NCBI GenBank assembly: GCA_002633005.1
Contig: NMRA01000776.1
Span: 1-45,825, forward strand
DNA length: 45,825 nt
DNA from: Phoronis australis
Taxonomy: Eukaryota > Animalia > Phoronida
Direction of reading: 5' to 3'
In this document: positions 35,929 to 45,825 of the stretch, piece by piece
Position numbering within the stretch: the stretch's first letter is position 1
Layout: every line of letters begins with the position of its first letter
Translations under genes and position numbers: made by a program
Notes under the pieces: model-generated
The model's input: the letters and a program-made list of their open reading frames with translations, nothing else
The model's database searches: none
Told to the model about the DNA's origin: nothing

Positions 35929-37540
35929 AGAAGCACACTGTTTCCGGTGTATTCATGGGCGCATTTTAACGCTCCGTGTTGCTTTTGTTCTGCTTCACTA
36001 CATACATGTACTGGTAGCACGGCAATCGTGAGCACAGAAGCTACATGTATTTCGCTTAAATAGGGTTTGTGCTACCATGAAATACCCTAGCTGATGTGAT
36101 TGGTTGATGTTTGGTTTCTAGTGCTGCTGAATTTTAATACATAATGTTGACGCAGGATACTACATTTATCCATTATGTGCGAGTTCGCTCAGGGTGACCT
36201 CGAAATATAATCTACAAGATCAGTTCCAAACAAGACAAATCTTGTTGTGAATTCGAGTTTGTGTCTTAAATATGGGACTCAAAGAGAGTTAAATTCTTAT
36301 CTGCCTGCTATCATTGAGATAGATCGAATGAAGTTATTATTTAGTTGATAAGACTGAATTGAAGTGAAGTATGCTTTCTTGAACTTAATAATCTCTCCAA
36401 TGACACTTGTTTTTCCCCTCTCTTTTCCATCTGTTCCAGTGCGGATCGTACTGTTACGATGTCGCCGATTCGTCATCCTGGACCACAAATGAATGTACTT
36501 CATCAAAGAATCAAGGATGTTTATCTAGAGTTCACTTCAATAATCAATGAATGCAAAATCAAAATTATTATTGGCTTTCTTTTTTGGAAGTTTGTCTTCG
36601 AGTTCATATCAATTAACCATGCAGACAGTATCAAAATCATCATAGGCGTTCTTTTTCGGACATTTGTCTTCGAGCCTTGTTCAATGACAAAATGACATTC
36701 TGCCTCCAGGTAGCGCAGAGAACGGCAATTTTATTTCAGATAAGGTTAGCGACAAAAGTGTTATAAAGATTACCACCACCGTAAATGATAAACAAGTGAG
36801 GTCATAATTTGGAATAATTTCCACTTGGTACGTCGTTGCATGTCAATTATCACCACGTCTCAGTTATTCAAAAGCGGGTTCTAGTTCTTCTAGTCGAAGA
36901 GTTTTTCCAAATCTACAAAAACAAACTATATTTTAGATCATGCAATGTAACTCTGAAATACAGTTGTAGTATACCAATGAATCTCACATTATGTGCCCCA
37001 AAAAATGCCCAGGTGTTCATTTTGATGCTTTGCGTGATTTTTTTTCAAAAATAAATTTGTTTGTCACGGAAGAACTATAATTTCCACGAACAGGGTTTTT
37101 GCTCATGAAATTATACCCACAACAGCGTGCCTGTGGCTTTCTTTTAAGACATTTTGACCAAGAAAGAACCTGACAATTTCAAAGGTCCCATAATTCCTGA
37201 AATGAAACTACATTTTACATTTTGATGAGACGAGTTCTGGGCTTGATTTAACATTAAAGACACGATTCTGCAGCCAAAAGAATAGAAAACAGAATTCCCG
37301 GTTCCTTACGAAACAATTCACTTTTCTGGAGGACTGCCGCTATCCCTTCCGATCTAAAGGTTCAGTGCCTGGCGCTTATTGTTTTAAATGGAATTTAAAA
37401 GTGTAATCATTGTTCTTATTTTCAAATTAAAGAGTCGCGTGACTTACAATTCACCAATATGTTCTAATTCAAATGCGCATTGTTGGTCTCAACACCGGGA
37501 TAATGCTTCCTCTAAACGGAAAAGATGTTCCCTCAATCAC

Positions 37541-37783
37541 CATGGGCGCATCCAGGGGGGAGGGGCCCTAAGGAGCCCCCCATTTTGGCGAATTGGGCAA
37601 AAAGATACGCCTCAGTGAAACAAAAGGTCCGAGTAAACGAGAGAAAAGTACACAAAATCCGCAAGAAGTCGACGTGGATGCACAATTTGTGTTTTTTTCT
37701 TAGTCCTCGTTGATTTACTTCGTTAAAAGGTCTGCATATCGGAAATTCGAGCACCCTTATGTTTTACGCTAGGTCCGCGCATG
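37541..37783. mobile_element. GC-rich MITE
   Basis: CATGGGCGCATCCAG...CTAGGTCCGCGCATG termini; flanks ATCAC/ATCAT may be a 5-bp TSD. Confidence 0.6.
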
Positions 37784-37901
37784 ATCATTTCCGGTTACAA
37801 GCGTTGTATGATGCAGAAGAATATGTCAAGCTAATTATTAACAATTTACAATTTATGAACCGTGTACCAGTCTGATACTCAACATTTACACTCATACTTA
37901 C

Positions 37902-37988
37902 CGTCATCGTCATCAAGTTCTCTTATTTCGTCTTCGTCTCTTTTCTTCATCGCCATTCTCATTTCAAAAGTATCAAGTACACCGTTAC
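37902..37988 (-). CDS. Orphan 87-nt exon with a partial EF-hand: (G)NGVLDTFEMRMAMKKRDEDEIRELDDDD(G)
   Basis: Acceptor TTTACATGCAG|GT, donor ACG|GTAAGT, symmetric phase 1-1, no stop, purine-rich. GNGVLDTFE fits EF-hand loop positions 4-12. Confidence 0.7.
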
Positions 37989-38914
37989 CTGCATGTAAAT
38001 TTCACAAAGTAATACGTAAAAATCATAAACCTACAGGAGCGTCTGTGATAAAAGCGTAGCCTTTATTAGGAACTATTTGGAGATTTGAAATACCCACTAA
38101 CCTTAACTTGCGTAAAAATGCCACATTCCCCCTCCGCTCAAACACCTGTTAATTATGAACTTCCCGTACTTTTACGGTTCATAATTTTGGAGAAAATGTT
38201 CTTTAAAGTGTCTTTCTTTTATAGTCAGGGGTAGTTGCTATGAACACATCTACTATGTTCAATTGTACCTCAAATATATTCCATGTTAACTACCGCCCGC
38301 AATATAAGAAGCCCCCCCCCGCCCTCAATACGTCGGCCATAATGCAATAGGCTTAGCGTGACTACATGTTGCCTGGTTGTTACTTAATTTTTCATTTCTA
38401 GAAATGTTGTAGAGTATACATAACCGTCTGTTTGTTTTTGGGTTATTATTTTAAACATACATAATTATTTGAAGGCCAACAACTACCCAGCGACTCTATA
38501 AGTATTCTACAATCCGTATTACAAGATAATACTGTGTAAAAACACGTAGAAATGTATTAGATAAAGGTTTGCTTCAGGGCTACGCGTTGATTTCGAACTA
38601 CAGTAGAAGGGTGTGTATTCGGAAATTGAAAACAAATTATCAGGCGTTTTACATACATGTACACCAGTTAAGCCCGGGCGTTTAATTGGTTAAGAGGTCA
38701 TGTAAACGGAGTCGTAGTTTTGGCTACGCAAATGCTGAAACGGAGTGATTAGACATAGCCTTAGATTAAGAGGTTTGTTTTGACAATTTTACTTGAAACT
38801 GTGTTTTTGAATTTATGTTGACAAATGCATAGTTTACCAACACGGTGTTTGTTTTCATACATGATAAATGTTCCCCAAAATTGAATTTGTGACCAAAATT
38901 GAATCTGAGTAATT

Positions 38915-39022
38915 TTTTCCAATAAACGCCCCACTACTTTGGAAACTTGACACCAGAAGTTGTAACACCAGATAAACGCCCATGAGCGTTCATTCGACAA
39001 AATTTTCCGAATAAACGCCCAA
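38915..39022. mobile_element. MITE fragment with three ATAAACGCCCA motifs
   Basis: TTTTCC(G)AATAAACGCCCA repeated; inverted GGGCGTTTA at ~38676. Confidence 0.45.
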
Positions 39023-39389
39023 GAGCGATAAATCGGGTGGGCTCATCTATGGAAATCCCGATACCAACTATAGGCACTTCCCACCACACCACAGCGCTTT
39101 TACCGTGTCCGCGACATCTATCCGACCACAATGTTTAGTGGCGGCAGGGTAGCACTTGACAGGCAGTCGAACACTAGTAACCGTTATCACTAGTTTGAAT
39201 TAACATTCGTTTGTTCGTTTGCCATTTGCTCTTCTGCCAACCGAGTTGTGAATGTGCCGACAAAAATTGAATAGTTGATCGAGGTGCGTTACATAGTTTT
39301 TCAATAATATGTCTTGACTAAGAAATGTGCTCGTTGTACTACATTTCAATAATTACCTATAGGGCTGAATACGGGATCTGAGTATGCGA

Positions 39390-39485
39390 TGACAAGGGAG
39401 CACCTCGTTGTCCATTAGTGTCATCCAAACAAGATCCTAAGATCTCGGGCTCGAGTCCCGGTCGTGGCACAAATCTTTTCAGTCT
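39390..39485 (+). mobile_element. Degenerate tRNA-derived SINE head
   Basis: B-box-like GGGCTCGAGTCCCGG followed by TCGTGGCACAAATCTTTTC; no intact cloverleaf. Confidence 0.3.
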
Positions 39486-40039
39486 ATGTTAGTTAGGTCA
39501 CGTAATTTGGCTTGCAGATCAACTTTAAAATGTTAGTGACTCAAACCAGATAGATGCATGTATGTCCATTTAGGATATACAATTCTTGTTTATAGGCCTG
39601 TTGCATACAATTTAAGTAATTGATGTATAGGATTGAGTTTTGGATCATTTAGTATTTTACCATTCAGGTCCAGCTCTTTCAAGTCAAAATCACTTGAGCC
39701 CAATACTCGCTTAGCCAGTTCCTCGTCAATCTGAAACAGCGAGATGACATCTAAAATGTGTTTGTCACAGGTTGCCTAAATTGGCCCCCACCGCCTTGTG
39801 ATGCACTCTTTCGGAAGGTTATATAGAATGATTGCTCGTGCAACGATAGACCCAATGAAATTCTCTGTGACACTTTATTTCTAACCTGTCTAAAAAGGAT
39901 CACAACCCCTGAGTTTTTTAAGATAAGCTGCATTTTATAAATGAGGTGTACACTGTGTGCGATATGACCTAGGTTGAACATTGCTCGACATGACCTTGAA
40001 AACAAGGCCACAGTCGCCCAAATTGATTGCCTCTTGCCG

Positions 40040-40620
40040 CCAATTTCATAAAAGTGGTTTAAAGTTCAAGTTGGTTTAAACTGTATTAGACCACATTTAA
40101 AGTAGTTTAACTTTTAGACCAGTGGTAAAGCCTCGTACAACTCCAGCTTAGACCTGGTCTAAGCCAGTTTTCATTTCATCGACTACGCCAGTTTTGCACT
40201 AAGGTCTTAAACCCGATTTAACATTAGACTTGATCAGACACAGGTTTAAAACATGTACTGTTAAATTTGTCAGACTTGCATGATACAGATGCTACTGAGT
40301 AATTCCGAGGTGTACATTTACGACGCAGTTTTAGAGCAAAAATGGAGTATTTTCAATATTCTGTTTTACAACAACACAAGATGAAACTGAGGAAGCAGGG
40401 GGTGATCCATCAATTTAAGAGGGGGATCGGTCAAGGATTTCTAAGTCAAAAATTTAAAAACTATAGATTTGATATCACTAAAATCAAGAGAAATAAAAGG
40501 GGTCCGGAACCCTTGACCCCCTTGGTGTATTGCAAGCTAGGTATAAAAAGTAGAGCAGGTTGAGGAAGACCACGTTTAACTCTTAAACCTGGTTTTCTTA
40601 AACCACCTTCATGAATCGAA
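40040..40620. mobile_element. MITE with GGTTTAA/TTAAACC subrepeats, interrupted by a GC-rich MITE at ~40396
   Basis: TTTCATAAAAGTGGTTTAA...TTAAACCACCTTCATGAATC inverted termini. Confidence 0.55.
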
Positions 40621-40926
40621 TGTTAGAGTTTGCCTCACTTTGAACACTGTAAGAGATACGAACAAAACATTATCTTCCTTCGGAAACACCGTTTCGACCG
40701 CGTCCCATTACAAATCTTGATTTTCTCTTTACGACTTTGGAAATGAGGTATTTTGCTGCGCTAACATCAAATTAAATCCAAAAAGATCAGTTATTCAATA
40801 AAGAGACAACTTCTTAAACTATCAGATAACAAGACCAATTTAAAAACCATGTCATTCCCGACACCAACAGAGGGTCCGAGTGATTTTTGAACGATGACAG
40901 GCAAAAACTTTCCAATTCCTACGTAA

Positions 40927-41125
40927 GTCCCTGCATCATTGCTGACCATTTCCTGTCACTGTCAGCTGCACCAAAGTTGATGACTCTCGTATAAGCTTAA
41001 ATATTTTGTGGCAGAAATTCTGCTTGAGGAGCTCCTCACAAAGCTAAGGTAGACTCCAGTAGTTCTAAATTTTGACGAATCCTCAGACTCCAACAATGAA
41101 AATGTTGAGGAAGAAGAGGACTGCC
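40927..41125 (+). pseudogene. Possible C-terminal remnant of another Academ-like protein (start of Cys cluster plus acidic tail)
   Basis: VPASLLTISCHC followed by DESSDSNNENVEEEED, resembling the AP-x-x-LL-x-x-ISC-x-C...acidic C-terminus of Academ proteins. Confidence 0.4.
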
Positions 41126-41210
41126 GTAAACAACTTGGTTTTTGTCGTAATTATCAGTGAACAGCTGTTTGTGGAAATTGACAAAATGTTCAAACTGTTC
41201 ATGTGCAACC

Positions 41211-41760
41211 TGTCAGTCATAGTAATGTGATCTAGTGTGTGTTACATGATTGTGTACATTATGATCTACATCTTGGAAGTATCGATTCATTGACATTACA
41301 CTGACAAAAAGTTTTGGTATATTATGTTATAAAGTCTTGGGGTTTTCAAATTAAAAGAATTTGTCAGTCATAACGTAGTTGTATTGTGATCTAGTGTACA
41401 TTACATGATTGTGTCTATTATAGTCTACAAGTACATCTTGGAAGTATTGTTTCATTGGCATGACAAAATATTATGATGCATTTTGTTATTACTTTTTGGA
41501 GGTTTTATGAGGTTAAAAGAATTTGTCAGTCATAGTTGTATGTTAAGTGATGAAGTGATGTGATGATCTCTAGTGTACACTACTTGGTCGTGGAGACATT
41601 ACGATGCACATCTTTGAAGTAATCACAATTTATGTTCTTAGCTTTTAGGTGAAAAACTTTGTCAGTCATAGTTGAAAGGACATCTTTATCAGTTGTTGTA
41701 TAAGATGCAATTTGACAGTCATCTAATGCATAATATATGTTCTCATTATGATCTACATTT
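41211..41760 (+). repeat. Diverged ~135-160-bp tandem repeat x4
   Basis: TGTCAGTCATA recurs at 41211, 41362, 41524 and 41660, with GTGATCTAGTGT and CATCTT(G/T)GAAGTA. Confidence 0.8.
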
Positions 41761-43247
41761 TGTGTACAAAATATTGTTGCTGAAATAGATGTCGGCTGCA
41801 GTTTAGTGATAAATGCTGCAGTTCAAATCTCCCCCGCTGAACCGCTGAAAATGAGCGCGTTTTGTCATCGCAGCACAGTTAGGGGGATCTTGTTGAGGTA
41901 TGGTCATTTGGAGTACAACATGGATTTGTGGCAGTAATAATGTCCTCTTTTTGTCATGGGTCATTCCAAGCCCTGATCAAAGCATTCTCAAACAAATGAA
42001 AAATTAGGACAAAATTAAAATTTTGTGGTACTGCACAAGAGGTTGATGAATATGCAGAAGAATCTGGCCTATACAGATGACTTTACGTCTGAATAACCGA
42101 GGAATTAAATTTACGCTTGATTAATCTGGTTTGTTCAAGTTTCATATAGAGTGGAGTATTCTTCTTTTTCTTCGTCAACAAAACTTTTAGACATCGCCTG
42201 TAAATTATTGCTTTTTGTTGTAAATTTTCATAAGCATGTAACGTATTAGGTAGTTGGAATTTGACGTTTTTTTCTGTTCAGTCTGTTTAATTTTATTAGT
42301 GAAATGAACTTTTTTTCTATAGCCAAATTGTTATCATTGAAAAAAGGTATTTAGAAAAGTCAGAGTTCAACACGTAGCTTTTCAGATTTAGATCTTAGGC
42401 TTGTTCCCTTACACTCGCATATTATTGCGCCACTGAAATAGTTCTCAATATATGATATAGCTGTAAAACTATTATATCCACTATTACGGAAATGTCATTA
42501 AGTTCTCAAAAGTGCTTAAATGAAACTGAAAAGCTTGAAATAAATCACCAAAGCCTGTAATGAAAGTTACTGCACCTTTACCACAAGTTATTAATGAATG
42601 TGTACAAAAGTATGTCAACCCATTCACTGTTTTTGTGCCTGTTTTGTCATTTAACCAAAAGTCTTTAAGCATTTTATAAAAAATCATTTGTGCCGAATAG
42701 TAGGCTATGCAGTAAATGGCTTGTGGCTGTCTGTTTACAATTACTACTAGTAGTGATTACAGGGAGTCGGTAAGTTGACACTTTCTAAGTTATAAATATA
42801 ATAGCAGTCCGAGAGCTGTACTGCGGTAGCTAGAGAGCAGGCGAGTTTTTCACACGGAAAAGGACATCACCAGCTTTGCAAGTACCCGTACAGGACTTTC
42901 ATCCCATCCTGTATGGCGTTGGCACGATGACAGATCAACTGAAAACAAAGTCGCCAATATAACGGGGAGATTGGTCTAACCTAAATACTGTTAGTCGGTG
43001 GGCCAGATCTCGTAGCGTTCATCCTTGTGAGTACTTTCGGGGGGCAACCTGGTTTTTTCTGTATGGCTAGATAATATACCAATAAATCAAATTCCAAAAA
43101 GTTCCCACGTCTACAGTTGCACATTTTTTTTAAAAAAAAGCGTTTTTGTTGCAAGAAATATTATACACATTTTTGCCACCAGGTAGAGCTTCTCGTTCAA
43201 TTTGACCAATCACAGAGCCAGATTGTGTTGTGCTGAATGACTTCAAT

Positions 43248-43764
43248 ATGGCAGCTCCCACGGAGGGAGATGCCTGTATTATTCACGTTTGTGAAATGAC
43301 AATAAATTGTGAATATCAGAAGCTCAATAAGTTTACAAAAGCATCTTGGGAAAAGTTAAAAGAATGTGCAGCTCAATGGACCAATTTAGACGGGAAAGAA
43401 AAGGAAGTGTGTCAGAAATTTATGCAAGAAAACAGGAGCTTTACTCCATTGAAATATCATATGTCTTGCTATAGAAGGATAACAGACAGGACAAAAATTG
43501 ACCGCGCTAAGAAGCGCACAGCGAAGTTTCTGGAAACCAACAGTTGTGCTAAAAATGAAGAAGATAAAAGTGTCACAGACGTTAACCCTGAAAAACCAAG
43601 GAAATCAATGAGACTTTCCAAATCGGAACTACAAAAACCAACCACCAGAAGTTCATACATTCTTCCAGCCGAGTGTGTTATCTGTCAACAAGAAAAATAT
43701 GTTGTAGACAGCATTTCTAGAAAGAGAAGGAAAGAACACCTTTCTAGCTTTGAGTATATAACAG
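43248..43764 (+). CDS. Academ transposase exon 1
   Basis: AATATGGC start; motifs CIIH, YHMSCYRRIT, LPAECVICQ; donor ACAG|GTATGT, phase 1. Confidence 0.75.
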
Positions 43765-44485
43765 GTATGTAATTTTGTAAAATACATTTTATTTTGTGTG
43801 TTCTAGTGTGTTCACTATTATCACCAGGTTTGTGTTTTAGATTTCCCTATATTACAAGTATTGACCATTGCTTATTCAAAATGCTAACTGGATTTGGCAA
43901 TTAATTATGAAGGTTGCTTCTTTAATCTGGGAAACTCGTGCCCATTTTTGGAAAGGTTTAATTGTTGAAATGAACATTTTTTAGGCGACAGATCAGACGG
44001 CGTGCAAACATGTTAGGCTGGTGGTTGATCAAGGTTTAGTCAGCCCAACTGAAAAATTTGCATATCAACACAATATTAAAGTGGAACTTACATTCTAATT
44101 CCTTATCTTTGGGATTTCTTGGTAAATTTAGATCAAAACATCACATACGGGGATGATGTGAATACGAATTATGTTGAAAATTGCAAAATGTTTTTAAGAA
44201 TGAGTTTTGTGTCAAAAATTATCTACTTTTAAGTCACTAAGCGGTGTCCAGTAAATATCGTGACGCATGATGCAGGCTATATGAGCCACAAGGTTTGTCA
44301 TTAGTGCAAAGGCCACCTATTTGTTTTCACATCTACAAGTTGTCAACGAATAAAACTGCACTTGGATTAGTGTAGAGGATATTCAAATAGCACTGTCGTT
44401 TAGTTCCTGCTATACATTAACATAGGTAGGAGCATGAAAATACTTTAAATGTTAAATTAGTGTTAATAGTTCACGTTTTTTCAAG

Positions 44486-45825
44486 GTGGACTTGCATCGC
44501 AAGCAGCAGCGCAGTCTGGGGACATGAATCTGCACTTTAAATTTAAAGATAAAGACCTTGTGGCTTTGGAAGCTAAATATCATAGATCCTGCTACAAAAA
44601 ATTAACGAGACCCCTGACAAAGATCGTGAAAGACCAGACAAGTGGAGAATCCCCACTTTTCTGTGAAGTTTTCAAACAGTTTTGTGTGGATTTTATTGAA
44701 ATTAAGCTTCTGACACATGGGGAAGTCATCCGCCTTACCAAACTTAAGCGAGAATTTGAAGCCATGCTTGAGAAAGCTGGAGTGCGTGAAAGTGTTTGGA
44801 CAGGAAATCTTAAAAAACGTCTATTGAAACTGTACCCACAGCTGCAGTTTGTACGACCTAGTAAGAGGTATGAAAGTGAACTGGTGCTAGCGTTTAATGA
44901 TTCACTTGCCGATTATTATGAATCCGAGGGCAGCAGCAGTGGTGATGAAAGTGTGCACGACGTCAAAGTTGTGGACTCATCTCCAGACATCCGGCGTGAG
45001 TTGTACAGGTCTGCACTTATTTTAAAAAATTATGTAAAAGATTGTGAAGGTGTTACTGTTTGGCCACCTACTGCCAAAGACTTTCAGTCTGACTCGGTCA
45101 AGGAATACATTCCTTCGCACTTGTACAATTTTCTTGCGTGGGTCATCGGTGCTAGTGATGACTTCAGTGGTTATTTGGCTTCAGCGGGATACACTCCAAT
45201 GCCAAAACACTATGCTTTAGGTATGACAGTTCGACATTTAACTGGATCTTCTACACTCATTGGTATATTAAATGGACTGGGCCATTGTGTTTCTCATTCN
45301 CAACTGTGTTACAGTTTGACACTGCTTTAGCAGAGGCTGAGCTTCATAGAAATACAATGGTGCCAAATGGTTTCTTGGATGGTATACACACCACATTAGT
45401 TTGGGACAATAACGATTTTCAAGAAGAAACCCGGAGTGGTGCAGGCACAACTCATAATACCACCGGGATAATTGTACAACTACAGCAGGAACACCAGGAA
45501 ATAGCTCCATCCGAAAGACAAGGAGTTTTTGTAAAGAAGTCGAAAAAAAGAACTTGCGACCTTCCCCTAAAGATGATTGAAGATTACTCGAGTAGAGAAA
45601 AAGGTGGTCCTCCCGTAGTGATGCACTTACCTTTATTCCATCAGTGACTGCACACCAGAATTTGACAGACACTGCATTTTGCCTGTCAAAGCTACCTGAG
45701 GTAGTAGGTGAAAAGCTACCTGGCTGGACTGGGTTCAACAGACTAATTAAATTAAATCTGTTGACATACATGATGTGTCCAAAGTTGGCTATTTGCCTGT
45801 TATTGATGCTAGTCCCACTGAAATG
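44486..45825 (+). pseudogene. Academ transposase exon 2, frameshifted
   Basis: Acceptor TTTTTTCAAG|GT is in frame with exon 1. Motifs DLVALEAKYHRSCY, PKHYALGMTVRHLTGS..LNGLGHCVSH, VWDNNDFQEETRSGAGTTHNT, LPGWTGFN and SKVGYLPVIDASPTEM are spread over several frames (shifts near 45300 at the N, ~45640 and ~45760). Confidence 0.8.

Larger units (their letters stand above)
42992..45825 (+). mobile_element. Academ-superfamily DNA transposon, 5' part; runs out of the window
   Basis: Starts with the TAG-terminal TIR matching 1-140, then a CCAAT box at ~43206, followed by the transposase gene. Confidence 0.8.

Noticed and set aside
39390-39485. tRNA gene
   Set aside because: Only a degenerate B-box; cannot be folded into a cloverleaf.
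45268-45771. 167-aa minus-strand ORF (also 43469-43660)
   Set aside because: Antisense shadow of the Academ transposase.

Overview
AT-rich eukaryotic (marine-invertebrate-like) genomic DNA rather than prokaryotic: most listed ORFs are spurious, and the real coding sequence is spliced. Main content: (1) a minus-strand multi-exon gene whose last three exons (19753-19949, 18897-19030, 18446-18554) splice in phase into a Cys-rich protein with PCSK9-C-terminal/resistin-like modules, plus a candidate TATA/Inr promoter and non-coding first exon at ~27450-27575; (2) an older direct segmental duplication of that locus (copy A ~1250-9745, copy B ~19940-30365), where copy A is a broken pseudogene; (3) between the copies, a Helentron/HINE-like element carrying a ~440-bp satellite made of ~145-bp subunits, most with a co-oriented CTCF-consensus motif; (4) a decayed intron-containing Academ transposon entering at 42992, and a matching Academ right TIR ending at 140; (5) an orphan EF-hand-like exon, a THAP remnant, many MITEs, and a strong excess of TACATGTA/TACAGTA micro-insertions that look like Tc1/mariner excision footprints. 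All family calls come from motif recognition by eye; no searches were run.
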